In this document: positions 29,801 through 41,799 of the stretch, one piece after another
Layout: each line of letters starts with the position of its first letter
How positions within the stretch are numbered: position 1 is the stretch's first letter
DNA from: Anaeramoeba ignava BMAN
Lineage: Eukaryota > Protista > Anaeramoebae
Direction: 5' to 3'
DNA: 64,000 nucleotides
Assembly (NCBI GenBank): GCA_028826165.1
Contig: JAPDFW010000059.1
Coordinates: forward strand, 1,364,001 to 1,428,000
The notes under the pieces: generated by a model
What the model saw: only the letters and a program-made list of their open reading frames with translations
Databases searched by the model: none
Told to the model about the DNA's origin: nothing
Made by a program: the position numbers and the translations under genes

Positions 29801-32206
29801 TTATTTTTGTATTCTTCTGGAGAAAATTTTTCAAGACATTTCCAAAATGATTGATTAATTAAATTTTCAAGTTGAATGAAAGAATGATTATTTGTATCTT
29901 TGATATATTTTTGAAAATTTTCATATATTTTTTGAATTTCTTTTTTTAAATCTGAATTGGGAATTTGATTAAAAGATTTATCCAATTTAATTCTCCATTC
30001 TAAAATTAACTTTAAATTGTTATTATTAGTATCTTCTTTTTCTGGTTGCAAAATTGTTTTAATATCATCTGTAAATTTAATTTCTTTTATAGTATTTTCA
30101 AAAAGTTTAAATTGCATATATGATGGTATTGATTGAATAATCTTATCATTTTGAATAATTTTTTGTTTTGAAATAGTTTGAAATATGGATTGAATAAAAA
30201 GGAAAAAGTCATCAGCAATAAAATGAAAAAAAAATTTTAAGTATTTAAATGTATTTGGATCAAAAATAATTTCTAGTTTTTGTATTGAATCTTTTTCTGA
30301 AATAAATTTCTGCTTATAAAAATTTTCAAATATCACTTTTTGAAATGAAATTAATCTATTTTTTTGTTTTTTTTGTAAATTATTAAGTGTTTCTTGAGTA
30401 ATTTCTTGAAATTCATTTGGATCCAAACCATCGAGTATTTCTTGAAAGTCATTTGGATCCAAATCCTTAAATTGATCATGAAATTCTTTATCATTTACAT
30501 AATCACTTTCTGAAAAATCTTCATCTTCATAATAATCTTGATATAACTTATTATTAATTGTATTACCAAAATCAAACCAATATTCAATTTGTTGTTCTTG
30601 TTTATCATTGAAATAATATTCTGACCAATTCAAATTACCAAAAGTATTAATGTTTGTAAATTCTTCTTTGATTGATTTTTTTTCTTCATAATTATGCAAA
30701 GGGTAACATTTTATTTTAAGAAGAAATTTTCTCCAAAAATTATAAAATTCTTCCATTTTTGTAAATTGTAAATTTTTGAAAATTTGTGTAATGAATAAAT
30801 CAAATCGAGAATCAAGATAATCTTTAAATGCATCATTGAAAAAATTTTCAGAAAATAAACGTTTTAATTCTTGTGTTTTTGAATAAATTTTATCATCAAA
30901 AAAAAGATGTAAATTTTTGAATAAAAGCTCAAAATGTACTTTATCTAATTTATTTGATTTAATAAATGTATATATTTCTTGAGACATTTCTTCAGGTGAA
31001 AATTGAGAAAGTAAACTTTCTTTTTTTTCTCTTTGTATAAATCTTAGATAATCAGGAAGAAATAAAAAAAATTGTAAATTCCAAATTTTTTCATCAATTA
31101 TAAATAAGTTTGTAAATTTAATTCTAATTTGCTGATTTTCAAAAAAATCATTTTCATAAATAAAAAGAGCTAAATTTTTTGTGGAATTTTGGAATTTTTG
31201 GAAATAATTCTGAATTTTTGTTTTAAATTCTGACAAATATTTTTCTGAACAAAGACATGTCAAATAAAAGATAATACAATAATTTTTTTCCTAACATTTC
31301 ATTTAGAAATTTTGTTTTGAATGAAATTTGAAGAAAATCATCAATAACATCAGTAAAATTTATTTTTATTTCTTTTTTTTTTTCGATTATTTCTTTGTAG
31401 TTTTTGTCAATTTTCAAAATTTGATTTGTTAATTCTTGTTCAAGAATTTTTTCCATTTCACTTATTTTTTCTTTTTGTATATTTGGTTGAACATTTTCAT
31501 TTCCTTTTTGTATCTTTGGTTCGATACTTTCATTTTCTTTTGTTTTTTCTTTTTCTTCTTGATATCTGACTTTTGAAATTTCTTTTGTTTCTATGTTTTG
31601 TTTTTTAAAAATATTATGATTCATTAAGTTTCTTATTGAAATAGCAAAATTAAAAATAGACTCTTTTTCTTTTTCTTTAGAAGTAAATTCTTCAGAAAGA
31701 AATTCTTCAAAGCATGTATCAATCATTTCTGAAGCAATTTTTTTATAATCTTCTATTACTTTTGGAAATAAAAATAAAGTATTCTGTCGTAATAATTGTT
31801 GAACAGAAAATTGAAAAGATATTTTTGATAATTTAAGTTTTAGGTGAGTCTTAAATTTATTATATTTCAGGATTTTTTCAACATAAATAAAAATAATTTT
31901 AGGATGATATTGAATTTTTGGATTATCCCATGATTTTAAAATTGTTTTGATTCCTTTTCCAGTTGCTTTTTGAATTCCATTTGAAGTTGCTTTTTGAATT
32001 TCTTTTCCAATTTTGATTTTTGAATTTTGAATAAAAAAGAAAAATTGTATTTTTCTTTTTCTTTTGATTTTGATTTTGATTTTGATTTTGATTTTGATTT
32101 TGATTTTGATTTTGATTTTGATTTTGATTTTGATTTTGATTTTGATTTTGATTTTGATTTTGATTTTGATTTTGATTTTTTGTTTTTTTTGTTTTTTGTT
32201 TCTCAT
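23832..32206 (-). CDS. RNF213/mysterin-like giant AAA+ protein (~2,750 aa after reconstruction), lacking the C-terminal E3 module; intron 25188-25118; apparent +1 frameshifts near 31286, 29325 and 29175; start codon uncertain
   Basis: Collinear RNF213-like motifs: SSDFPGMGKS, IPVIFIDG (degenerate Walker A), IPLLIIGKPG|TSKT (Walker A rebuilt by splicing), RHILL, CITNGKKLII...LYKLFNQNY...INPNFRLFVI...IRNHFGKY (compare RNF213 CMETGKMVLL..LYDALNQYY..VHPNFRLIVI..LINRLEKH, quoted from memory). Confidence 0.75.
32064..32178. repeat. Perfect (TTTTGA)n hexamer at the 5' end of the RNF213-like gene
   Basis: Directly visible; reads as (KI)n or (QN)n depending on frame. Confidence 0.9.
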
Positions 32207-32388
32207 TTGTTGTTCTTTTTTTTTTTGTTGTTGTTTTTTTGGTTGTTTGTTTATTAAAAATGAAAAAGGAAAAAAATGAAAAAAAAAAGGAAAAAAAAAA
32301 TTTATTTTTAATTAAAAAAGTGGAAAATTTATTTTTATTTTTAATTTTTCATTTTTCTTCTTTTCATTTTTATTTTTAAAATTAAATT
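32207..32388. promoter_or_regulatory. Bidirectional promoter (RNF213-like / C2-EML) with paired Inr motifs on each strand and a central AAAAAAGTGGAA element
   Basis: Minus-strand TCATTTTT at ~32263 and ~32279; plus-strand TCATTTTT at 32349 and 32364; AAAAAAGTGGAA at ~32314-32325. Confidence 0.6.
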
Positions 32389-35300
32389 ATGAATAAAAAT
32401 CAATTTCAAAATGAAAAATCTATTTTAAAAAAATTCCCAAAATGGTTAATAATTGAAATTAAATTTGCAAAAAATTTAAAATGTAAAAATCCATTTTGCT
32501 ATATTAATTTTGGGAATTTTCAAAGAAAGAAAACTTCAATTCAATTTTATAATTCAAATCCAATTTGGAATCAAGTAAAAAAATAAACAAAATTAAAAAT
32601 AAAATACAAATTAAAAACAAAATTAAAAACAAAATTTAAATTTAAAACAAAATAGTCTTTTGCTTTTGGATTTTTTAATAAAATTCGAAATTTAAAAATT
32701 GAAATTTTTGATTATTTAAATTCTGACATGTATTTTAATCAAGAAAAAGAAAAAGAAAAAATATTTTTAAGTTATAGATTTTTATTTATATTTTTATTTA
32801 TAATTATTTTTATTTAAATCAATTTATTAATTATATTGGAAAAAATAAAGACAAGAAAAGATTGAAACGATCGAAGTTGAAAATGAAATTATAAAAACAA
32901 ATGAACCAATTACAAAAAAATATAATTTAAAACAAGAAAATGAAAATGGAGAATTAGAAGTTTTTCTACTTCAAAAGATATTTCCAAATCCTTTATCAGA
33001 AGAAGTAAAATTTAATTTCAATTTTAATTTTAATTTTATAAATGAATTTTAATTTATAAATGAATTTTAATTTATAAATGAATTTTAATTTATAAATCAA
33101 TTTAAATTTATAAATGAATTTTAATTTATAAATTAATTTTAATTTATAAATGAATTTTAATTTATAAGTAAAATTTAATTTATAAATCAATTTTAATTTA
33201 AATTTATAAATGAATTTTAATTTATAAATCAATTTAAATTTATAAATGAATTTAAATTTATAAATGAATTATAATTTATAAATGAATTTAAATTTATAAA
33301 TGAATTTAAATTTATAAATTAATTTTAATTTTATAAATGAATTTTAATTTCAAAATGAATTTAAATTTATAAATCAATTTTAATTTATAAATGAATTTAA
33401 ATTTATAAATGAATTTAAATTTATAAATCAATTTAAATTTATAAATGAATTTTAATTTATAAATGAATTATAATTTATAAATGAATTTTAATTTCAAAAT
33501 GAATTTTAATTTATAAATCAATTTAAATTTATAAATGAATTTTAATTTATAAATCAATTTAAATTTATAAATCAATTTAAATTTATAAATGAATTTTAAT
33601 TTATAAATGAATTTTAATTTATAAATCAATTTCAAATTTATAAATGAATTTAAATTTATAAATCAATTTTAATTTATAAATTAATTTTAATTTATAGGAA
33701 GTTGAAATTAAGTTTTCTAAAAAATTTATAGCTAATTTACAAGAATTTACATTTACAAATTATATAAACCTTAAATCACCAATTAATCCATGTTATTTTT
33801 ATCAATCACCATCAAAAATTAGCAAATTAATTGAAGAACAAAACAAACAAATTAAAGAAATCGAAAAGAAACTAGAAAAACACAACATTTCGACAAGCGA
33901 AAACAAAGAACAAACATCACAATCTGAACGTTCATCATTTAGTGGAATAACACTTACACAAGATGGTTCAGAAATAGTTTTAACAGAATCAAAAAACATT
34001 GAAACAGATAACGAATTGACAGACAGTGAGATCAACACAGATCCAAACAGACCAAGACTAGAACTCGAGTACATTTACGGATATCATGGAGCAGGAACAA
34101 GGAACAATTTGCATATTACAAAAACAGGAAAGATTGTTTATTTTACAGCAAAAATTGGGATTGTTTTGGATAAACAAACAGGAAAACAAAAATTCTTCAG
34201 AGAACACACAGAATCCATTTCTTGGTAAGTAGTAATTTTTATATTAGATCTTAAAAAAAAGATCCATGAACTAAGCTTGAAAAAAACTGTCTTCAAAATG
34301 GAAATAATTAGTCAAACTATTCATCATAATCGATCACTTATTGCAACTGGTCAAGAAAATATTGATCCTATTGTTTGTGTTTGGGACACTGAAAAAGTCA
34401 CTTTGCGCTCAAAATTCACAATTAAAAATATAAATGGTGTTGTTTCTATTGCATTTGATTCTAGTGGTTCTTATTTATTTGTGATTTCTGGAGATGAAAA
34501 AACTTCAATTCAAATTTGGGATTGGGAAAAAAGAACAAAAATTGCTTCAATTATTGGATCAACAGAAAAGGTTTTTTTTTTCAAACATTGAAAAATAATC
34601 AAATGGATTTACAAAATTTACATTTATTAAAATTGCAATATTTACTTTATTTCACGATTGTTTATTCAGGTTTTATGTGTTGATTCTGATCCAAAAAATT
34701 CTTCTCATTTTGTTACTTATGGAGTTAATAATCTTTGGTTCTTAGAATTTAAGGATAATGAGATCACACACAAACAAGCGTATATCACAGCAAAGAATTC
34801 GCAGATGTTTCTTTCAGCAATTTTCAATTCAGAAGGAGATGTAATTGTTTCCAATTCTTATGGAGATTTAAGTTTATGGGATTTTAAAAAAATAGTGTGT
34901 AAAAAAACAATACGCGCACATAGTGTAATGATATATTAAAAAAATGACTGGATATTAAACATGCATTTAGACTGAATATTATATTTCAATTTCTTTTTTT
35001 ATTTCTTAAGGGTCCTTGCACTTCTCTTTGTCAATTCAAGGATTCCTTTATTATAAGTGGCGGAAGAGATTCTGATTTGGCAATGTGGGATTCTTTATCT
35101 TTGGAAAAGGCTCCATTTAATACAAGAATAACAGGTGCTGGTTCTGTGCGTTCTCTTGATTCTGATGATAAGCAAATTGTTGTTGGAACAAATAAAAATC
35201 AGATTTGGGTTGTTAATGCAGATGATAACGTTCAAAATTGTTTAATCTCAGTACATTAAAAATATATTAAATTAAAAATATTCAATAAAAATATTTAAAC

Positions 35301-36754
35301 TATTCAATAAAAATATTCAATTAAAATATTCAATTAAAATATTCAATAAAAATATTTAAAATATTTAATTTAAATATTCAATTTAAAATATTTAAAATAT
35401 TTAATTAAAAATATTTAAAATATTCAATTTAAATATATTCAATTCAAATATTCAATTCAAATATTTAAAATATTCAATTAAAATATTTAATTCAAAAATA
35501 TTTAAAATATTCAGTTAAAATATTTAATTAAAAATATTCAATAAAAATATTTAAAATATTCAATTTAAATATTCAATTAAAAATATTTAATTCAAAATAT
35601 TTAATTTAAAAATATTCAATTAAAAATATTTAATTCAAAATATTTAATTAAAATATTTAATAAAAATATTCAATTCAAATATTTAAAATATTTAAAATAT
35701 TCAATTCAAAATATTTAAAATATTCAATTCAAAATATTTAATTTAAATATTTAATTTAAAATATTTAAAATATTCAATTAAAATATTAAAAATATTCAGT
35801 AAAAATATTCAATTTAAAATATTCAATAAAAATATTTAAAATATTCAATTAAAAATATTAAATTAAAAATATTAAAATAAAAATATTAAATTAAAAATAT
35901 TCAATTAAAAATATTCAATTCAAATATTTAATAAAAAATATTAAATTTAAAATATTCAAAATATTTAATTTAAAATATCTCTAAATTAGCCACATGGAGA
36001 TGCAGTGTCTTCTGTATCACCACATCCATCAAAAAATTACTTTTTAACTTCAAGTAATGAAAGAAGTGTAATTTGTTGGAATAGCGAAGAAAAATCAATG
36101 GCTTATAAAATCAACATCAACGGAAGAGCAGATAATCTCTGTTTTTCACCTAATGGAGAATTAATTGCAGTTTCAATGCAAGGAGGAGCGTTTACAGTGT
36201 TTCAAACATCAACACTTCGAATAATTGCAAATCGAAGTGAAATTCAAAAACATTCTTCATTTATAAGTTTTTCTCCAAATGCACAATTTTTAGCAATTGG
36301 ATTTGAAAATGGATTAATCAACATTCATAATTCTCAATCAAATTATAGGAAAGCAATGAGTTTTACAGTATCTCCTTCAGTTTTTACTTTGGATTGGTCT
36401 TCTTGTTCTTCTTTTATTCGTGTTTCAAATGGTCAAGAAATTTTCCACTTTTCTTTAGAAAAAAACAAAAATATTGATAAAATTGATGATGTTGTTTTTG
36501 ATACAAATTATTGTTCTTCTTTGATTCATCTTAATAACTCAATTATTCCGAAAACTATTCAAGTTCATGATAATTTTGTTTTTGCTGCTGATAATAATTT
36601 TATTAAAATTTTTAATGGAAATGATTTTTCTTCTGTTTCTTTTCCTTCAGGTCATTCAAATTTTGTTGAAAAAATTGCCATTTTGAAGAATTCAAAGTTA
36701 ATTAGTGTTGGAGGAGAAGATATGTCAATTTTTCAATGGAAATTTATCAATTAA
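32389..36754 (+). CDS. C2-domain + EMAP-like (EML; HELP motif + WD40) protein; 8 exons: 32389-32574, 32656-32729, 32851-33004, 33698-34224, 34312-34570, 34670-34924, 35011-35250, 35990-36754
   Basis: C2-like strands LIIEIKFAKNL..NPFCYINF..KKTSI..NPIWNQSFAF..LKIEIFD..GELEV. HELP motif RLELEYIYGYHG..RNNL, then EML-type WD40 (IATGQ, FVTYG, ISVGGEDMSIFQWK). All seven GT-AG introns keep the frame. Confidence 0.82.
33005..33697. repeat. 18-bp (TTTATAAATGAATTTTAA)n array filling EML intron 3
   Basis: Directly visible; accounts for spurious ORF 32996..33232. Confidence 0.9.
35255..35980. repeat. Degenerate (AAAATATT[C/T]AAT)n array filling EML intron 7
   Basis: Directly visible. Confidence 0.85.
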
Positions 36755-36829
36755 ATCCAAAATAAATCCAAAATTCAAAATTCAAAATAAATTCAAAATT
36801 CAAAATTCAAATTTTTATTTTGATTTTTT

Positions 36830-37285
36830 TTAAATTTCTTTATCAAAATCTTCAAATATTGTAACTCCAAATTCTATACTTTCTATTAAAAATTCAATTT
36901 GTTTATTATTTAATTCATATTCTTTTCTAAGTTCATCTAATTCATTTTCATAACAATCTGCAAATTTAATTTTATACCATCTTTTTAAATTTTCATTTTC
37001 TTTTTCTTTTAAATTTTCTTTTAAATTTTCTTTTTCGTTTAAAAATAAATTTGAATTTAATTCTTCTATTTTTTTCCATAAAATTATTGAATTCTTTTTA
37101 TTCATTTCTTTTGTATTTTCTTTTAAAAATGAAGGTTTTAATTTATTATATATTTTTTCAATTAAATTTTCTGTTTTTTCAATAAGTAAATTAAGTTGTT
37201 CTTTTTCTTCGTTTTTAAATTTTTTTGATTTTAATTTCTTAATATTTTTTTCAATTTCAATAAAAAAATTATTATTTAAATCCAT
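36830..37285 (-). CDS. Small protein with a C-terminal Rsa3 (ribosome assembly protein 3)-like domain, 151 aa
   Basis: WYKIKFADCYENELDELRKEYELNNKQIEFLIESIEFGVTIF fits the Rsa3 pattern Y...F.D.F..ELD.LR...F....L..LI..L..G..IF; Inr motifs upstream at 37321-37338. Confidence 0.65.
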   Translation of the reverse strand: MDLNNNFFIEIEKNIKKLKSKKFKNEEKEQLNLLIEKTENLIEKIYNKLKPSFLKENTKEMNKKNSIILWKKIEELNSNLFLNEKENLKENLKEKENENLKRWYKIKFADCYENELDELRKEYELNNKQIEFLIESIEFGVTIFEDFDKEI

Positions 37286-37338
37286 TATAAATTTATTAAC
37301 TTTTTTGAAAAGAAAAAAAATGAAAAATGAAAAAATGA

Positions 37339-37860
37339 ATTTTAATTTTAATTTTGATTTTAATTTTGATTTTAATTTTGATTTTGATTTTAATTTTAAT
37401 TTTGATTTTGATTTTAATTTTAATTTTGATTTTGATTTTAATTTTAATTTTAATTTTGATTTTAATTTTAAATTTAATTTTAATTTTAATTTTAATTTTA
37501 AATTTTGATTTTGATTTTAATTTTAAATTTAATTTTGATTTTAATTTTAATTTTAATTTTAATTTTAATTTTAATTTTAATTTTAATTTTAATTTTAATT
37601 TTAATTTTAATTTTAATTTTAATTTTAAATTTAATTTTAATTTTAATTTTAATTTTAATTTTGATTTTAATTTTAATTTTAAATTTAATTTTAATTTTGA
37701 TTTTGATTTTGATTTTGATTTAAATTTTAATTTTAATTTTTAAATTTTGATTTTGATTTTAATTTTAATTTAAATTTTAATTTTGATTTTAATTTTGATT
37801 TTAATTTTGATTTTAATTTTGATTTTAATTTTAATTTTAATTTTAATTTTAATTTTGATT
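37339..37860. repeat. (TTTTAA/TTTTGA)n intergenic hexamer tract
   Basis: Directly visible; the same tract recurs at 39680-39876 and 41800-42250. Confidence 0.9.
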
Positions 37861-39649
37861 TTAATTTTGATTTTGATTATTAAATTTGTTAATTAATAAA
37901 TCAAATAAATTTGGATTTGTTTGATTTAATTGAAAATAATCAATTCCAGTTTCTAATTCATTAATGATTTCTTGTGTAATTTCAATTTCATCTTTAATTT
38001 GATTTGAATAAATCCAATATTCAAATATTTGAAATGATTTATTACTTAATTCACTATAATCTGTAACTTTATTAGAAGTATCTTCAGTTACAGATAAAAA
38101 CATTCCTCGATATAATTCACTTCTCATTATTAATATTAATTTAGGAAATTTATATTGTTTTTCTTTTCTTTCAATAATAAAATCTTTTTCATTTTCATTT
38201 TCATTTAAATAAATTCTTTTCATTGTTTCTTCTATTTTTTCATTTAAATTTATAATTTCTTTAATTTCAGAATATAATTTTGGATTTATTATTCTGTTTG
38301 AATAAATCATTTCAAATATTTGATTTGATTCTTTAATTGATTTTTTTGAAATAATTTCTTGAAGTTTTTCAATTTGATTTTCATTTTGATTTAATCTATA
38401 TTTCAATATTAATTTATGAGCTTCAATTATTTCTCCATTTTCGGTTTTAAATGAAATATTGCAAAATTCTTTTCTTCTAAATAATTTTATCAAATCTTCT
38501 TCAAGATTGGAAAAAGGAGGAGGAGAATAATAAAGAAATGATTTGTAAGATCCACAAAGAAACATGATAATTGGAAATATTTTCATTAAATCTTAATTTA
38601 GGAAGTTCAATTTGAATTGGAATTAATTGATTGTTTTTATCTCCAGTTCCTAATTGACCAGAATAGTTATTTCCAAATCCTATTAATTTTGAATTGGATG
38701 TTAAAATCAAAGTATGATTACTTCCAATAGAAATATCAAGAATATCATCATTTTCAAATAAAGATGATTTGATTTCAGTAAATTCATAAGTATGTTCATC
38801 TTCTTTTCCAAGTCCATTATATTGATAATCTCCACATGAATAAAGTTTTCTTTTTGGATTTTCATTTTCATTTTCAATCAACATTATTGAATGATAATAT
38901 CCAGTTTGAATATCAATTATTTTGCCTTTTGGAATATTTTGGATTTTGGTCAATTTTTGGATTTTTCTTTCTTCTATTGATTCTCCTAATCCAAGTTGAA
39001 CATAATCATTTAAACCGCAACAAAATAATTCTTGATTTGAATTTAAAAGAAAAATATGATAACAACAATTTCCTGAAAATATTTTAGAAACATTTTTCAT
39101 TATTAAAATTGGTTTTTCTGTTTCTTCAAGTGTTTTAGAATCAAAACCAAGTTGACCATATTCATTTGAACCAATTCCGTAAGCATTTTGATTTGAAGTT
39201 AATAAGTAAATTGAATAACACCCACAAACAACATCTTGAATTATTCTATCATTTGTATCTTCAATTAATGATGAAATATTGATAAATTCTTTTGGATTTT
39301 TTGGATTAATATCTATTCCTTTGGCAAATACATTTCCTTCTGATGTTAAAATAGCTTCATTTACATAGCCAGAAATGACTTTTTGAATATTTTCTTCAAT
39401 TTGGATTTTTGAAGGATTTCGCTTTGAATTATTTTCATTTGAATATTCTATTGCTTTTCCATTTTTAAAAAGGAAAATTGTTGAAAATCCTGATGATGAA
39501 ATTTGTTTAATTTGTTTTTCATTTTCATTTTCATTTTCATTTTCATTTTCATTTTCAAATTTAAATTGAATTGGTTTTGTTATTTTATTTGATTCATTTT
39601 TGATAAGTTTTGGATTTTGATTTTGACCAAAAAATATAATTTCATTCAT
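37861..39649 (-). CDS. RCC1-repeat + tandem BTB protein, copy A; intronless, one apparent +1 frameshift at 38556-38558
   Basis: RCC1 repeats (AYGIGSNEYGQLG, HTLILT..LIGFGNNYSGQLG). After removing one T the frame reads VSCGSYKSF and continues into BTB (AHKLILKYRL; KDFII..KLILIMRSELYRGMF). Confidence 0.82.
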
Positions 39650-39876
39650 TTTTGAAAAGAAAAAAAATGAAAAAAATGAATTTTAATTTTAATTTTAATT
39701 TTGATTTTGATTTTAATTTTAATTTTAATTTTAATTTTAATTTTAATTCTAAATTTTAATTTTGATTTTAATTTTTAATTTTGATTTTGATTTTAATTTT
39801 GATTTTAATTTTAATTTAAATTTTAATTTTAATTTTTATTTTAATTTTAATTTTAATTTTAATTTTAATTTTAATT

Positions 39877-41639
39877 TTAATTTTGATTATTAAATTTTTT
39901 AATTAATAAATCAAATAAATTTGGATTTGTTTGATTTAATTGAAAATAATCAATTCCTGTTTCTAATTCATCAATAATTTCTTGTGTAATTTCAATTTCA
40001 TCTTTAATTTGATTTGAATAAATCCAATATTCTAATATTTGAAATGATTTATTACTTAATTCACTATAATCTGTAACTTTATTAGAAGTATCATTTGTTA
40101 CAGATAAAAACATTCCTCGATATAATTCACTTCTCATTATTAATATTAATTTTGGAAATTTATATTGTTTTTCTTTTCTTTCAATTATAAAATCTTTTTC
40201 ATTTTCATTTTCATTTAAATAAATTCTTTTCATTGTTTCTTCTATTTTTTCATTTGAATTTATAATTTCTTTAATTTCAGAATATAATTTTGGATTTATT
40301 TTGGAATTATTTGAATAAATCATTTCAAATATTTGATTTGATTCTTTAATTGATTTTTTTGAAATAATTTCTTTAAGTTTTTCAATTTGATTTTGATTTT
40401 GATTTAATCTATATTTCAATATTAATTTATGAGCTTTGATTATTTCTCCATTTTCTGGTTTTAAATGAAATATCACAAAATTCTTTTCTTTCAAATAATT
40501 TTATCAAATCTTCTTCAAGACTTGATATTATAGGATAAAAAAGAATAGAATTATTTTCTCCACAAGAAAGATGATAATTGGAAATATTAAATAATAATTG
40601 AGGAAGTTCAATTTGAACAGGCAAATTTTTCCTTTTTGTATTCCCATTCCCTAATTGACCATATTCATTACTCCCAAATCCTATTAGTTTTCCACTTTCA
40701 GTTAAAATCAAAGTATGTCGAAAACCGTTTGCAATTTCAAGAATATTATCATTTTCAAATAATTTTATCCTCATTTCAGTGAATTCTCTTGTATTTTGGC
40801 TATTCTTCAGACTTTTTAATTCAAATAAACCACTAGAGTAAATTTTTCTTAATCCTGATTCTTGATCTTCAATCAACAACATTGAGCGTAATCCTCTTAA
40901 TTGAATATCAATTATTTTGCCTTTTGGAATATTTTGGATTTTTGGTTAATTGATTAACTTTTGCTTCTTTTATTGATTTCCCTAATCCGAGTTGACCAAA
41001 AAAATTATCACCGCAACAAAACAATTCTTGATTTGAATTTAAAATAAAAACACAATTTGAAAAATTTCCTGAAAATATTTTAGAAACATTTTTCATCATT
41101 AAAATTGGTTTTTCTGTTTTTTTAAGTGTTTCAGAATCACAAGAAAGTTGGCCATGATCATTAGAACCAATTCCATAAGCATTTTGATTTGAAGTTAATA
41201 AGTAAATTGTGTTTTTTCCAGAAACAACATCTTGAATTATTCTATCATTTGTATCTTCAATTAATAATGTGATTTCCTTATAAGTTCTTGAAATCTTTGT
41301 TTTGTATCGATTTTGTCTTATGAAAACTTGACCTTTTTCTGATAAAAGAGCCTCATTTTCAATTCCAACAGAAATTTTTTTAATTTTTGGAAATTTGAGT
41401 TTTTTTGGATCTAAACCAACAATAAATTGAATCACTTCTCCACTGATGAAAAGAACATTTGTGATAAATTTATTTGATGCAATTTGTTTTATTGGTTCTT
41501 CTTGTAAATTTACAGTTGTCATTTGATGTGGTTTTGTTATTTGATAAGGATCATCTGAAAAACGATTAAAGAAAGGATTTTGACCAAAAATCCAAATATC
41601 ATTTTTTTGATTAAAATTGAAGTTTGAATTCGAGTTCAT
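39877..41639 (-). CDS. RCC1-repeat + tandem BTB protein, copy B; intronless, apparent +1 frameshifts at 40939-40943 and ~40456 (possible pseudogene)
   Basis: Collinear with copy A; alignment to copy A places both extra bases (LTKIQNIPKG; SFKTENGEII). Confidence 0.78.
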
Positions 41640-41799
41640 TTATTAAAAAAGAAGAAAAAGAAAAATTTAAAAAATGAAAATTTAAAAAATGAAAAATTTA
41701 AAAAATGAAAAATTTCTTTCGAATTTGATTTTAATTAAAAAATGAAAAATTAAAAAATGAAAAATTAAAAAATGAAATTTTGATTTTAAAAATTTTAAA

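Noticed and set aside
22700-41000. Alternative genetic code or stop-codon readthrough as the cause of broken ORFs
   Set aside because: Breaks are frame changes or GT-AG introns, not in-frame stops; TAA, TAG and TGA all end genes normally.
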